Assembly (NCBI GenBank): GCA_937897575.1
Contig: CALCQG010000005.1
Coordinates: 16,526-80,525, forward strand
From: an uncultured Synergistales bacterium
GTDB lineage: Bacteria; Synergistota; Synergistia; Synergistales; Aminobacteriaceae
Length of the DNA: 64,000 nucleotides
Direction: 5' to 3'
The position numbers and the translations under genes were made by a program. The notes beneath the pieces are model-generated. The model did not search any database and had not been told where the DNA came from. It was given only the letters and a program-made list of their open reading frames with translations. Shown here piece after piece: positions 7,990 through 16,818 of the stretch. Positions within the stretch are counted from its first letter, which is position 1, and each line of letters begins with the position of its first letter.

Positions 7990-9301
7990 CCGGGACGCCA
8001 TCATCCAGTCCCTCCGCGCCGGGGTCACCCCCAAGACGGGGCTGCAGCACATTCAGGTCGGCCGGGCCCGGGAGGTGGAGGCCCTTTTGAAGGACATCGG
8101 GCGCATCCTGGACGGCGGGGCGGCCTTCCGGCTCGTCGTGGGGGCCTACGGCTCGGGGAAGAGCTTCTTCCTCCAGCTCGTCCGGGCCATCGCCCTGGAG
8201 AAGGGGCTCGTCACCCTCCACGCCGACCTCTCGCCCGACCGGCGTCTCTACGCCACGGGCGGCCAGGCCCGGAACCTCTACGCCGAGCTGACCAGAAACC
8301 TCTCCACCAGGACTCGGCCCGACGGCAACGGGGTGCAGGCCGTGGTGGAGAAGTTCCTCGCCGAGGCCAGAAAGGAGGCCGACTCCGGCGGCGGAACCAT
8401 GGAGGCGGCCATCGAGCGGCGTCTTGGGGCCATCTCGGAGCTCGTGGGCGGGTACGACTTCGCCTCGGTGGTGAAGGCCTACTGGCGGGGCTTCGAGGCG
8501 GGGGACGACGGGGCCATGGCCAACGCCGTGCGGTGGCTCCGCGGCGAGTTCGCCACCAGGACCGACGCCCGGGCGGCGCTGGGGGTCCGCACCATCATCG
8601 ACGACGGCTCCGTCTACGACGCCCTGAAGATCATGAGCCTCTTCGTCCGCCAGGCGGGCTACGGCGGGCTGCTGGTGTGCCTGGACGAGATGGTGACCCT
8701 CTACAAACTGGCGAGCCAGAGGGCGCGCCTGGCCAACTACGAGCAGATCCTCCGCATACTGAACGACTGCCTCCAGGGCACGGCCGGCTTCATGGGGTTC
8801 ATCCTCTGCGGGACGCCCGACTTCCTCTACGACCCGAGAAAGGGGCTCTTCAGCTACGAGGCGCTCCAGTCCCGCCTCACGGACAACATGTTCGCCAAGG
8901 CGGCGGGCGTGGTGGACTACGACGCCCCCGTGCTGCCCCTGGGCAGCCTGACGCCCGAGGAGCTCTACGTGCTTCTGGGGAACATCCGGAACGTGTACGC
9001 CTCGGGGGACCCGGCAAAATACCTCGTCCCCGACGAGGCGCTGACGGCCTTCCTGGAGCACTGCTCCAAGAAGATCGGCGAGGCCTACTTCAGGACGCCC
9101 AGAAGCACCATCAAGGCCTTCGCCGACTTTCTGGCCGTGCTGGAGCAGAACCCCTCCATCCAGTGGACCGCCCTCATCGACGAGGTCCCCGTGGAGGAGG
9201 ACCGTCCGTCGGACATGCCGGAGATCGTCGACGACGAGAAAGGGGCGGGGACGGCGGAGCCGGGCGAACCCTCCGGCGGGCTCGCCTCCTTCCGGCTCTA
9301 A
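7955..9301 (+). CDS. sngB: DUF2791/BrxD-like P-loop ATPase (Shango SngB-like)
   Basis: ATG 7955 lies 9 nt after AGGAGG (7940-7945) and overlaps the end of sngA by 35 nt. Walker A is GAYGSGKS and Walker B is LLVCLDEM. Confidence 0.8.
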   Translation: MTERQRLIRPRDRDAIIQSLRAGVTPKTGLQHIQVGRAREVEALLKDIGRILDGGAAFRLVVGAYGSGKSFFLQLVRAIALEKGLVTLHADLSPDRRLYATGGQARNLYAELTRNLSTRTRPDGNGVQAVVEKFLAEARKEADSGGGTMEAAIERRLGAISELVGGYDFASVVKAYWRGFEAGDDGAMANAVRWLRGEFATRTDARAALGVRTIIDDGSVYDALKIMSLFVRQAGYGGLLVCLDEMVTLYKLASQRARLANYEQILRILNDCLQGTAGFMGFILCGTPDFLYDPRKGLFSYEALQSRLTDNMFAKAAGVVDYDAPVLPLGSLTPEELYVLLGNIRNVYASGDPAKYLVPDEALTAFLEHCSKKIGEAYFRTPRSTIKAFADFLAVLEQNPSIQWTALIDEVPVEEDRPSDMPEIVDDEKGAGTAEPGEPSGGLASFRL

Positions 9302-9306
9302 AGGCC

Positions 9307-11511
9307 ATGGCGGAAAGCGCCTTCGCCCGCCTGGCGCCCCCCGTCCGGTGGTGGGTGGAGAAGCAGGGGTGGACGAGCCTCCGGGAGATCCAGGAGATGG
9401 CCATCCCTCCGATCCTCGAGGGGGCGACGGACGTGGTGCTGAGCGCCGCCACGGCGGGCGGAAAGACGGAGGCCGCCTTCCTCCCGGCCTGCACCCGGGC
9501 GGCGGAAAGCCCCTCCGAAGGCATCGCCGTCCTCTACGTCAGCCCCCTGAAGGCCCTCATCAACGATCAGGCGCGGCGTCTCGAGGGGCTCTTCGAAGAG
9601 CTGGGGCTCCCCGTGACGCCCTGGCACGGCGACGTGCCCCAGTCCCGGAAGGACGCCCTCCGGAAGAACCCTTCGGGGGCGCTGCTCATCACCCCCGAGT
9701 CTCTGGAGTCCCTTCTGATGAGCTCCTCTCCCTGGTGCGCCACGGCCCTTTCCAGCCTCAGGAACGTCGTGGTGGACGAATTCCACGCCTTCCTCGGCAC
9801 GGAGCGGGGGTGCCAGCTCCAGTCCCTGCTCCGCCGGGTCGAGTTTCTGACGGGGCGCTTCGTCCCGAGGATCGCCCTGAGCGCCACGCTGGGCGACATG
9901 GACCTGGTGGGGCGATCCCTCCGCCCCGGCTCAGACGTTCCCTGCACCATCCTCGTCTCGGCGGGGGGCGGGAGCGAGCTGCTTCTTCAGGTGCGGGGGT
10001 ACGAGGGAGAGGGGAAGGGCGTCCCGCCCCAGGTTGCCGACGATCTCTACGGGCTGCTCCGGGGGGCGTCCCACCTCGTCTTCGCCAACAGCCGGGCCGC
10101 CGTCGAGGAGCTGGCGTCGGACCTGGCGGCGCGATGCGAGCGGTCCTTCGTTCCCAACGAGTTCTTCCCCCACCACGGCAGCCTCTCGCCCGAGCTGCGT
10201 CGGGACGTGGAGCGCCGCCTCCAGCGGGGAGAACTTCCCACCACGGCGGTCTGCACGTCGACCCTGGAGCTGGGGATCGACATCGGCGGCGTGACGTCCA
10301 TCGCCCAAGTGGGGGCCCCCATCGCCGTGGCGGGGCTCCGGCAGAGGCTGGGTCGGTCGGGGCGGCGGGGGAGTCCGGCCATCCTCCGGATCTTCGTGCC
10401 AGAGCGGCGGAGGGCGAAGGACCTCCACCCGGCGGACGGCCTGCGCCTTGCCCTGGTCCAGACCATGGCCATGGTGGACCTGCTGCTGCAGAAGTGGTAC
10501 GAGCCCCCCGAGACGGGGGACATGCACCTCTCCACCCTGGTCCAGCAGACCCTGTCGGTGATCGCCCAGTACGGCGGCGTCCGGGCCGATCAGCTCTGGA
10601 CGCTCCTCTGCGGCACGGGGCCCTTCACGCTGGTGGACGGCGGGCAGTACGAGGCACTGCTCCGCGCCCTGGCCGCATCGGACCTCATCGCCCAGCTCGA
10701 GGACGGCCGCCTCGTCCTGGGCCTCGAGGGCGAGCGGACCGTGGAGCGCTACACCTTCTTCACGGCCTTCTCGGCGCCGGAGGAGTACCGCGTGGAGCAC
10801 GGCGGCGACCTCCTGGGGCGTCTGCCCGTGGACAAACCCCTGACCCGGGGGCAGCGCATCGTCTTCGCCGGCAGGGCCTGGACGGTGGAATCGGTGTCCG
10901 TCGCCGGGAAGATCATCACGGTCCGGCCCGCCGCCGGAGGGGAGCCCCCCTCCTTCACGGGGTCGGGGCGGCGGGTGCACGACGGGGTCCGCCGCGCCAT
11001 GGGGCGAATCCTCGCCTCCGACGACGTCCCCCCCTATCTCGACAGGGCGGCCGCGGCGCTCCTCGCCGAGGGGCGGTCGTACTACCGCTCATCGGGCCTG
11101 TCCGACGGAGGGGTCATGGAGCGGAACGACGACCTCTTCCTGACGCCCTGGCGGGGTGACGGCGTCCTGGACGCCGCGGTCCTGATGCTCCGGACGAAGG
11201 GGCTCGACGCCGACCAGTCGGGCGGCGTCCTCGAGGTCCGGGACTGCTCGCGGCGGCGCCTCCTCTCCACGGCGTCGGCCCTCCTCGACGAGGCGGCTCC
11301 CGCCGGAGAGGCCCTGGCGGCCCTCGTGGCGGACACGACGGAGGAGAAGTTCGACGTCGTCCTGCCCGAGGCCCTCCGCCGGGCGGGGTACGCCGCGAAG
11401 CACCTCGACGTGCCGGGGGCGCGCGAATGGTTTGCCGCCCTCGTCGAGCGGCCGGGTGCCGACATCTTCCAAGAAGAAAAGGGGACGGAAGAAAGGGGAG
11501 AGAGCCGATGA
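9307..11511 (+). CDS. sngC: Lhr-like DEAD/DEAH-box SF2 helicase (Shango SngC-like)
   Basis: ATG 9307 lies 5 nt after the sngB stop. Helicase motifs: I AATAGGKTEAA, II VVVDEFH, III LSATLG, VI QRLGRSGRRG. A long C-terminal extension follows. Confidence 0.85.
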   Translation: MAESAFARLAPPVRWWVEKQGWTSLREIQEMAIPPILEGATDVVLSAATAGGKTEAAFLPACTRAAESPSEGIAVLYVSPLKALINDQARRLEGLFEELGLPVTPWHGDVPQSRKDALRKNPSGALLITPESLESLLMSSSPWCATALSSLRNVVVDEFHAFLGTERGCQLQSLLRRVEFLTGRFVPRIALSATLGDMDLVGRSLRPGSDVPCTILVSAGGGSELLLQVRGYEGEGKGVPPQVADDLYGLLRGASHLVFANSRAAVEELASDLAARCERSFVPNEFFPHHGSLSPELRRDVERRLQRGELPTTAVCTSTLELGIDIGGVTSIAQVGAPIAVAGLRQRLGRSGRRGSPAILRIFVPERRRAKDLHPADGLRLALVQTMAMVDLLLQKWYEPPETGDMHLSTLVQQTLSVIAQYGGVRADQLWTLLCGTGPFTLVDGGQYEALLRALAASDLIAQLEDGRLVLGLEGERTVERYTFFTAFSAPEEYRVEHGGDLLGRLPVDKPLTRGQRIVFAGRAWTVESVSVAGKIITVRPAAGGEPPSFTGSGRRVHDGVRRAMGRILASDDVPPYLDRAAAALLAEGRSYYRSSGLSDGGVMERNDDLFLTPWRGDGVLDAAVLMLRTKGLDADQSGGVLEVRDCSRRRLLSTASALLDEAAPAGEALAALVADTTEEKFDVVLPEALRRAGYAAKHLDVPGAREWFAALVERPGADIFQEEKGTEERGESR

Positions 11512-12548
11512 AGCGAATCCGGGACTACGGGGTGATCGTGGGGCAGATGGAGCGGGGGCCCCTGAACGCCCTGACGGACGTGGAGGGGGTGACCGTCGGC
11601 CACTGCACCCTGGCCGAAGGCGACGTCCAGACGGGCGTCACGGCCATACTCCCCCATAAAGGCGACATGTTCCGCGAGAAGCTTCTGGCGGCCTGTCACG
11701 TGATCAACGGCTTCGGCAAATCCGTCGGCCTCGTGCAGATCGCCGAGATGGGGACCCTGGAGACGCCCATCCTCCTCACCAACACCTTCGCCGTGGGCGC
11801 GGCCTCCGAGGCCCTGGTCCGGCACATGCTCGCCGACAACCCCGACATCGGGCGGGAAACGGGGACGGTGAACCCCGTGGTGTGCGAGTGCAACGACGGG
11901 TGGCTGAACGACATCCGGCGGTTCTCCGTCGGCGGGGAGCACGTCCTGTCTGCCCTGTCGTCGGCCGCATCCGACTTCGCCCTCGGGGCCGTGGGAGCGG
12001 GCCGCGGCATGTCGTGCTACCAGCTCAAGGGCGGCATCGGCACGGCATCGAGACGATTCTCCGCCGAGGGGAAGACCTATACCCTGGGCGCCCTCGTGCT
12101 CTCCAACTTCGGCCTTCTCGGGGACCTGACGGTGGACGGCCGGAGGGTGGGGCGGACCATCGAGGCGACGGACCCGCCCATGGACGATCAGGGCTCCGTC
12201 ATCACGGTCCTGGCCACGGACCTCCCCCTCACGGAGCGGCAGCTTGGCCGGGTGGCCCGGCGGGCCTCCGTCGGGCTGGCTCGCACGGGGACCTTCATCG
12301 GCAACGGAAGCGGCGACATCGTCCTGGCCTTCTCCACGGCCAACCGGTTCTTCCACCACGAGACGGCCCCTGTTCTCTCCATGTCCGTGTTCAACGAGAA
12401 CCTCATGGACCTGCCCTTCCGGGCCACCGCCGAGGCCGTCGAGGAGGCCGTGCTCGACTCCATGGTCTGTGCCGAGACCGTGACGGGGCGGGACGGCCAC
12501 GTCAGACGGTCCCTGGCGGAATATATCGCCCGGGACGGCCTCCTCTGA
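11508..12548 (+). CDS. DmpA/P1 (S58) family aminopeptidase
   Basis: MKRIRDYGVIVGQMERGPLNALTDVEGVTVGH...GAVGAGRGMSCYQLKGGIGTAS is typical of the L-aminopeptidase/D-esterase family. Its ATG overlaps the sngC stop (ATGA). Confidence 0.8.
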   Translation: MKRIRDYGVIVGQMERGPLNALTDVEGVTVGHCTLAEGDVQTGVTAILPHKGDMFREKLLAACHVINGFGKSVGLVQIAEMGTLETPILLTNTFAVGAASEALVRHMLADNPDIGRETGTVNPVVCECNDGWLNDIRRFSVGGEHVLSALSSAASDFALGAVGAGRGMSCYQLKGGIGTASRRFSAEGKTYTLGALVLSNFGLLGDLTVDGRRVGRTIEATDPPMDDQGSVITVLATDLPLTERQLGRVARRASVGLARTGTFIGNGSGDIVLAFSTANRFFHHETAPVLSMSVFNENLMDLPFRATAEAVEEAVLDSMVCAETVTGRDGHVRRSLAEYIARDGLL

Positions 12549-12552
12549 TAGA

Positions 12553-13125
12553 ATGTCGGTGCGCGCCGTGGACGGACGAATGGCCCAGGCGGTCCGGAGC
12601 TTCCCCTTCGTGGCGCGCTCCGACGCCTTGGTGCTGATCCTCGGCAGCATGCCCGGAGCGGCGTCCCTGGCGGCGGGGGAGTACTACGCCCACCCGAGGA
12701 ACGCCTTCTGGCCCATCATGGAGGGGCTCTTCGCCATCCCGCAGCATCGCCCCTACGACGAGCGGCTCGAGGGGCTGAAGGATCGCGGGATCGCCCTGTG
12801 GGACGTGTTGGCCTCCTGCGTCCGCCCGGGGAGCCTGGACTCGGCCATCGACGGCGCCACCGTCGTCCCGAACGACTTCCCGGCCTTCTTCCGGGCCCAT
12901 CGCGGCATCGAGGCCGTCTTCTTCAACGGCACCATGGCCGAGCGGTCCTGGCGGCGGCACGTGGCCCCAGGCCTTCCGCACGCCCCGATGAGGACGGTGC
13001 GCCTGCCCTCCACGAGCCCGGCCCATGCCGGACGGAGCCTGGAGGACAAGATGGAGCTCTGGGCTGTCCTTCGGGAGGCCCTGGAACGACCCGATCCCCG
13101 AGAGAAAAGGAGGAGGGAGCCATGA
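12553..13125 (+). CDS. DNA-deoxyinosine (hypoxanthine) glycosylase, UDG family 6-like
   Basis: LILGSMPGAASLAAGEYYAHPRNAFWPIM is the signature I associate with family-6 UDG/HDG enzymes. An alternative start at MAQAV lies 27 nt downstream. Confidence 0.7.
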   Translation: MSVRAVDGRMAQAVRSFPFVARSDALVLILGSMPGAASLAAGEYYAHPRNAFWPIMEGLFAIPQHRPYDERLEGLKDRGIALWDVLASCVRPGSLDSAIDGATVVPNDFPAFFRAHRGIEAVFFNGTMAERSWRRHVAPGLPHAPMRTVRLPSTSPAHAGRSLEDKMELWAVLREALERPDPREKRRREP

Positions 13126-13364
13126 CCGTCGAACTCGTACGAACCGTTCTTCTCCGGTGCGTCCTTCTGAACTACGCCCTGCTGATCCTCATGTTCCTGG
13201 CCTTCGTCCTGAAGGGCGATGCCATCCTGCGGCTCCACAGGCGGTGGTTCGACCTGGACCGGAGAACCTTCCACCTCGTCTTCTACCTGTTCCTCGGGGT
13301 GTACAAGCTGTTCACCATGGCCTTCTTTCTCGTCCCATGGCTCGCCCTGACCCTGGGGTCCTAG
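13122..13364 (+). CDS. small hydrophobic membrane protein, unknown function
   Basis: 80 aa with two or three hydrophobic helices. ATG 13122 follows AAGGAGGAGGGAG and overlaps the preceding stop (ATGA). Confidence 0.55.
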   Translation: MTVELVRTVLLRCVLLNYALLILMFLAFVLKGDAILRLHRRWFDLDRRTFHLVFYLFLGVYKLFTMAFFLVPWLALTLGS

Positions 13365-13374
13365 GACGCGCATC

Positions 13375-14268
13375 GTGACGGAACGGCTCGGACTGCGGAA
13401 CCTGCCGAGGCTCTTCGTCGCCCTGGTCCGCCGGGAGGGGAACGCCCTCTTCCTGGCCACCCTGGGGGCCATCTTCATGAGCTTTGCCCTCGTAGCCCTC
13501 ACGGTGCCCTACCGCTTCGCCGGGGCGGGGCTGGCGGGCGTGGCGCTTCTGGCGCGCTACCTCTTCGACGTCTCGCCGGCGTGGATCATCCTCGCGGGGA
13601 ACATCCTCCTGCTGGCCTGGGGGTGGCGGGCCCTGTCGCCGCGCTTCGTGCTCTGGACCCTCTACGTCGCCCTCGTCAGCTCGGCGGCGGTGGCCTTCTT
13701 CGAGCGGTTCTCCTACCCCATGCTCGACGAACACCTCCTGGCCGCCATCCTCGCCGGCGTGTGCAGCGGCCTGGGGATCGGGATGGTCTTCACCATGGGG
13801 GGCAGCACGGGGGGGACGGACGTGATCGTGGCCACGGCCAAGCGACGCTGGGGCGTGGACATGGGGATGTTCTCCTTCTACCTCAACACGGGCATCCTGC
13901 TCCTCTCGTGCTTCGCCGTGTCCATCGAGCAGCTCCTCATGGGGGGGGTGCTCCTCTACGTCGAGAGCATCACCATCGACAGCGTCCTGAAGTCCTTCGA
14001 CCGGCGGAAGCAGATGATGATCATCACCGACCGGCTGGAGGAGGTCCGGCGGTACATCGTGGAGGACCTGGACAAGAGCGCCACGATCCTCCGGGGCGAG
14101 GGGGCATACACGGGGAACGAGAAGCCCGTGATCCTGGTGGTGCTGAACAGGAGACAGGCCATGGAGCTGAAGCACTTCGTGGTCTCCCTGGACCGACAGG
14201 CCTTCATCATCCTGGCCGACGTGGCCGAGGTCGTGGGCGAGGGGTTCAAGCACTGGAAGCACATATAG
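13375..14268 (+). CDS. YitT family membrane protein (DUF2179 C-terminal domain)
   Basis: GTG start. Polytopic N-terminal part with GGSTGGTDVI, and a C-terminal soluble domain (ITDRLEEVRRYIVEDLDKSATILRGEGAYTG...ADVAEVVGEGF). Confidence 0.85.
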   Translation: MTERLGLRNLPRLFVALVRREGNALFLATLGAIFMSFALVALTVPYRFAGAGLAGVALLARYLFDVSPAWIILAGNILLLAWGWRALSPRFVLWTLYVALVSSAAVAFFERFSYPMLDEHLLAAILAGVCSGLGIGMVFTMGGSTGGTDVIVATAKRRWGVDMGMFSFYLNTGILLLSCFAVSIEQLLMGGVLLYVESITIDSVLKSFDRRKQMMIITDRLEEVRRYIVEDLDKSATILRGEGAYTGNEKPVILVVLNRRQAMELKHFVVSLDRQAFIILADVAEVVGEGFKHWKHI

Positions 14269-14524
14269 TAGGTACCCCTCATGATGATTAAGCGTACGCG
14301 TCCGGGGCGTTGTCTCCGGTTTCTCGGGTGACAATACTCGCGCAGCTGTCTCCAGGCGTCCGATCCCCTATCCCCTCACGGGGCGTCCCCTCGTCGAACA
14401 CATCCATGGTCACGCACACCCCCCGCACCCTCCGAAAACTCGTGTCGTGCGAACAACGCGGCGTTTTTCCGCACCTCGTGCGGAGAGCGCCGTCACTCGG
14501 CACGTCCGTCCCCCGACGTCTCTT

Positions 14525-14565
14525 TTGACAAAATATTGTTATTGGTCGTTCTATCTGCTATTTTA
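14525..14565 (+). promoter_or_regulatory. AT-rich candidate promoter upstream of the 684-aa orphan gene
   Basis: TTGACA at 14525-14530, followed by AT-rich sequence with possible -10 elements (TTCTAT 14549-14554, TATTTT 14559-14564). The spacing is not ideal for either. Confidence 0.3.
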
Positions 14566-14609
14566 AGAAACAGTCTCTTTTCATCACCCATAGGGGAGGT
14601 CGTCATACG

Positions 14610-16664
14610 ATGAAGGCGAAGAGCATCAGAGGTTGGTCGCACGCTTTATTCCCGTTGATCTGCGCGCTCTTCATTTTGAGCGGCGGCGGACATCTTTATG
14701 CCGATGGACAGAACGCGGCGGAACAGACGCCCCTTTCCGATGTCGCGGCGACACTGTCGAAGATCGAGTCGGCCGGTTCGGCCGCCGAAGAGGAGGCCGC
14801 GCGACTTCCAAGCCAGGTCGCTCAGGAGCGGGAGGTTGTCGTCAAGGCGCTGGACGAATGGGCGAAGGACGAGCTCGCCAAAATTGTGGCGGAGTCCTAC
14901 GCACGAGCGGAGTCGGCGCTGAACGCCACATCGCTTCCGGACCCAGATGACGGGGAATCCTTCGCCGTCTGGTGGGAGAACAAACCCGCATCGTCGGGAA
15001 ACGAGACGATAGAGGAGCTGGCGAGCGGTTTTGTCGCCGCTTCCAGCGTGAAGCTCTCCGGGGTCACTGACGAGACGGCGGCGAAGATCAACGGCAGTCT
15101 GGATGAACAAGGCCGAAAGCTGCTCTTGCAGGCGATGGAGAATGTCAGGAGGCCATTTGCGCAGGTTGTGCAAGCCCGTCTCCCCATTTATGAGACCATC
15201 CCCCTTCCTTCCGCCCTGGAAAGAGCGCAGGTCGCCCTTTCCGGCGATGCGGCCCGGGAATTCGCCGCGGTCGGGGCGAAGGGCTCCTTTTTGGGGGAGG
15301 ATGTTCTGAGAAGGTTCGGCGCCAGAACGGTACAAAAGACGACGGGGCGAGTCCTCGGCAAAATCGCCCCGCTGGTCAGCGTCGTGCGCTCGACCTCGGC
15401 CGGCGCGGACGCGGCGACGGCCAAGGCGAACCTGGAGGGCCAACTGCGGCGGATGGTCCTGGAGGAGTATAGGGGCGGATTCACCGCGCAGTCGCTGTGG
15501 TCGGGGGACAAGGACGACGCCGCCCCCTCCGTGAGAACGACGATGAGCGGGTATGTCGGGGACGCGCTGGAGAGCTGGGACCGGATCTGCCGAAGCGAGA
15601 TCGCCTCGCTTCGCGATTCGGCCTACACCCTCGCGGTTTCCGAGTCTGCGAGGCGATATATCGAGGACGAGCGGAAGCAGGGGAAAAATTCAGAGGTTCT
15701 TTTTGAGGAGATGGGACGGTTGTGGGAGGTCTTCGGAGAGCTGACCTCCAAAGTGCCTGTCGAGAAGCTCAAGAGCGTGCTGCTCGCGGCTCCCGACCGG
15801 GAGGAGCTGCGCAAACTCTCCGTGGCGCTGGGCGCTTCCTTGCTGAATCACTACGACATGTACGGCGGGTACTTCCTCGAGGGGGTCCACAGCCTCGGTG
15901 TGGCCAACTACCTCTCCTCCGACGCATGGCGGTCCGGCACCGTCGATTGGCGCATCGTGAGCGACAAAATCCGAAAAATACCCGGGTTGAGCGATCGGAA
16001 GGACGCCGTCGAGGGGCTGTACGTCCTGATTCGCGAGGACGCTCCCTGGGAGGGCCTGACCACGGACGTCATGGCCGCGGTGGGAACTCAAAAGGACCTT
16101 TTCCGGGCCGTTTGGGGCGCGGTGAAGCCGGATATCGAGAAGACGGCCCATATACTGGGGGATGCCAACGCCAGGGACAACGTCGAACGGAGTTTGAAGA
16201 GTTCAGCGGCGCTGACGGCGGCATTTCTCAAATCCTCCAGCGCGGAGTTCTGGTCGAAGAGCCCGAAGGGCGACCTCGACGACCTGATGAAGATCGCGAT
16301 GTTCCGGATGGAGACGCTGAAGCGACCGATCGAATCGGCCGTGGTAGCGGAACAGGACAGGGGCGACCTTCTGGAGGCCTATCGAAAGGTTGGCGTGAAC
16401 GGCGTGGAGTTGTGGGACATCTATGCAACGAAAGAGGCCGGGCCGCAAGGGCGAGACCGGGCGAAACAGAGCATCGCGTTCCTGGCGGCCGGCTATCCCT
16501 TCGAGGACCTGAAGGACGGGAAGACGCTGGATGCCGTCATCTTCTACGACAAAATCCCCGTGGTCGGGAAGATGCTCTACCCCCACCGGCGTTTTATGCC
16601 GATGGCCCTGCTCGGCGTGATCGCCCTCGCCGTGGTCGCCTTCCTGGCGAGGAAAAAGGAGTAG
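14610..16664 (+). CDS. hypothetical secreted, C-terminally membrane-anchored protein (no family recognised)
   Basis: GGGGAGG SD. Signal-peptide-like N-terminus (MKAKSIRGWSHALFPLICALFILSGGGHLYA). Long Ala/Glu/Leu-rich, presumably helical body. C-terminal TM helix plus basic tail (MALLGVIALAVVAFLARKKE). Confidence 0.7.
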   Translation: MKAKSIRGWSHALFPLICALFILSGGGHLYADGQNAAEQTPLSDVAATLSKIESAGSAAEEEAARLPSQVAQEREVVVKALDEWAKDELAKIVAESYARAESALNATSLPDPDDGESFAVWWENKPASSGNETIEELASGFVAASSVKLSGVTDETAAKINGSLDEQGRKLLLQAMENVRRPFAQVVQARLPIYETIPLPSALERAQVALSGDAAREFAAVGAKGSFLGEDVLRRFGARTVQKTTGRVLGKIAPLVSVVRSTSAGADAATAKANLEGQLRRMVLEEYRGGFTAQSLWSGDKDDAAPSVRTTMSGYVGDALESWDRICRSEIASLRDSAYTLAVSESARRYIEDERKQGKNSEVLFEEMGRLWEVFGELTSKVPVEKLKSVLLAAPDREELRKLSVALGASLLNHYDMYGGYFLEGVHSLGVANYLSSDAWRSGTVDWRIVSDKIRKIPGLSDRKDAVEGLYVLIREDAPWEGLTTDVMAAVGTQKDLFRAVWGAVKPDIEKTAHILGDANARDNVERSLKSSAALTAAFLKSSSAEFWSKSPKGDLDDLMKIAMFRMETLKRPIESAVVAEQDRGDLLEAYRKVGVNGVELWDIYATKEAGPQGRDRAKQSIAFLAAGYPFEDLKDGKTLDAVIFYDKIPVVGKMLYPHRRFMPMALLGVIALAVVAFLARKKE

Positions 16665-16818
16665 CCGCGGAAGAAGTGTGTTTTGAGAACCTGCGACCTG
16701 CTCGCCGGACAAAAACACATTTCTTGGGTCCCTGAAGAAGGGCTGCTCGGTGCTTGAACGTCACCGTGGGCAATATGGGGTTTTGTGCCGGAAAAAGTGC
16801 GGAACGGAGCGAACGACA

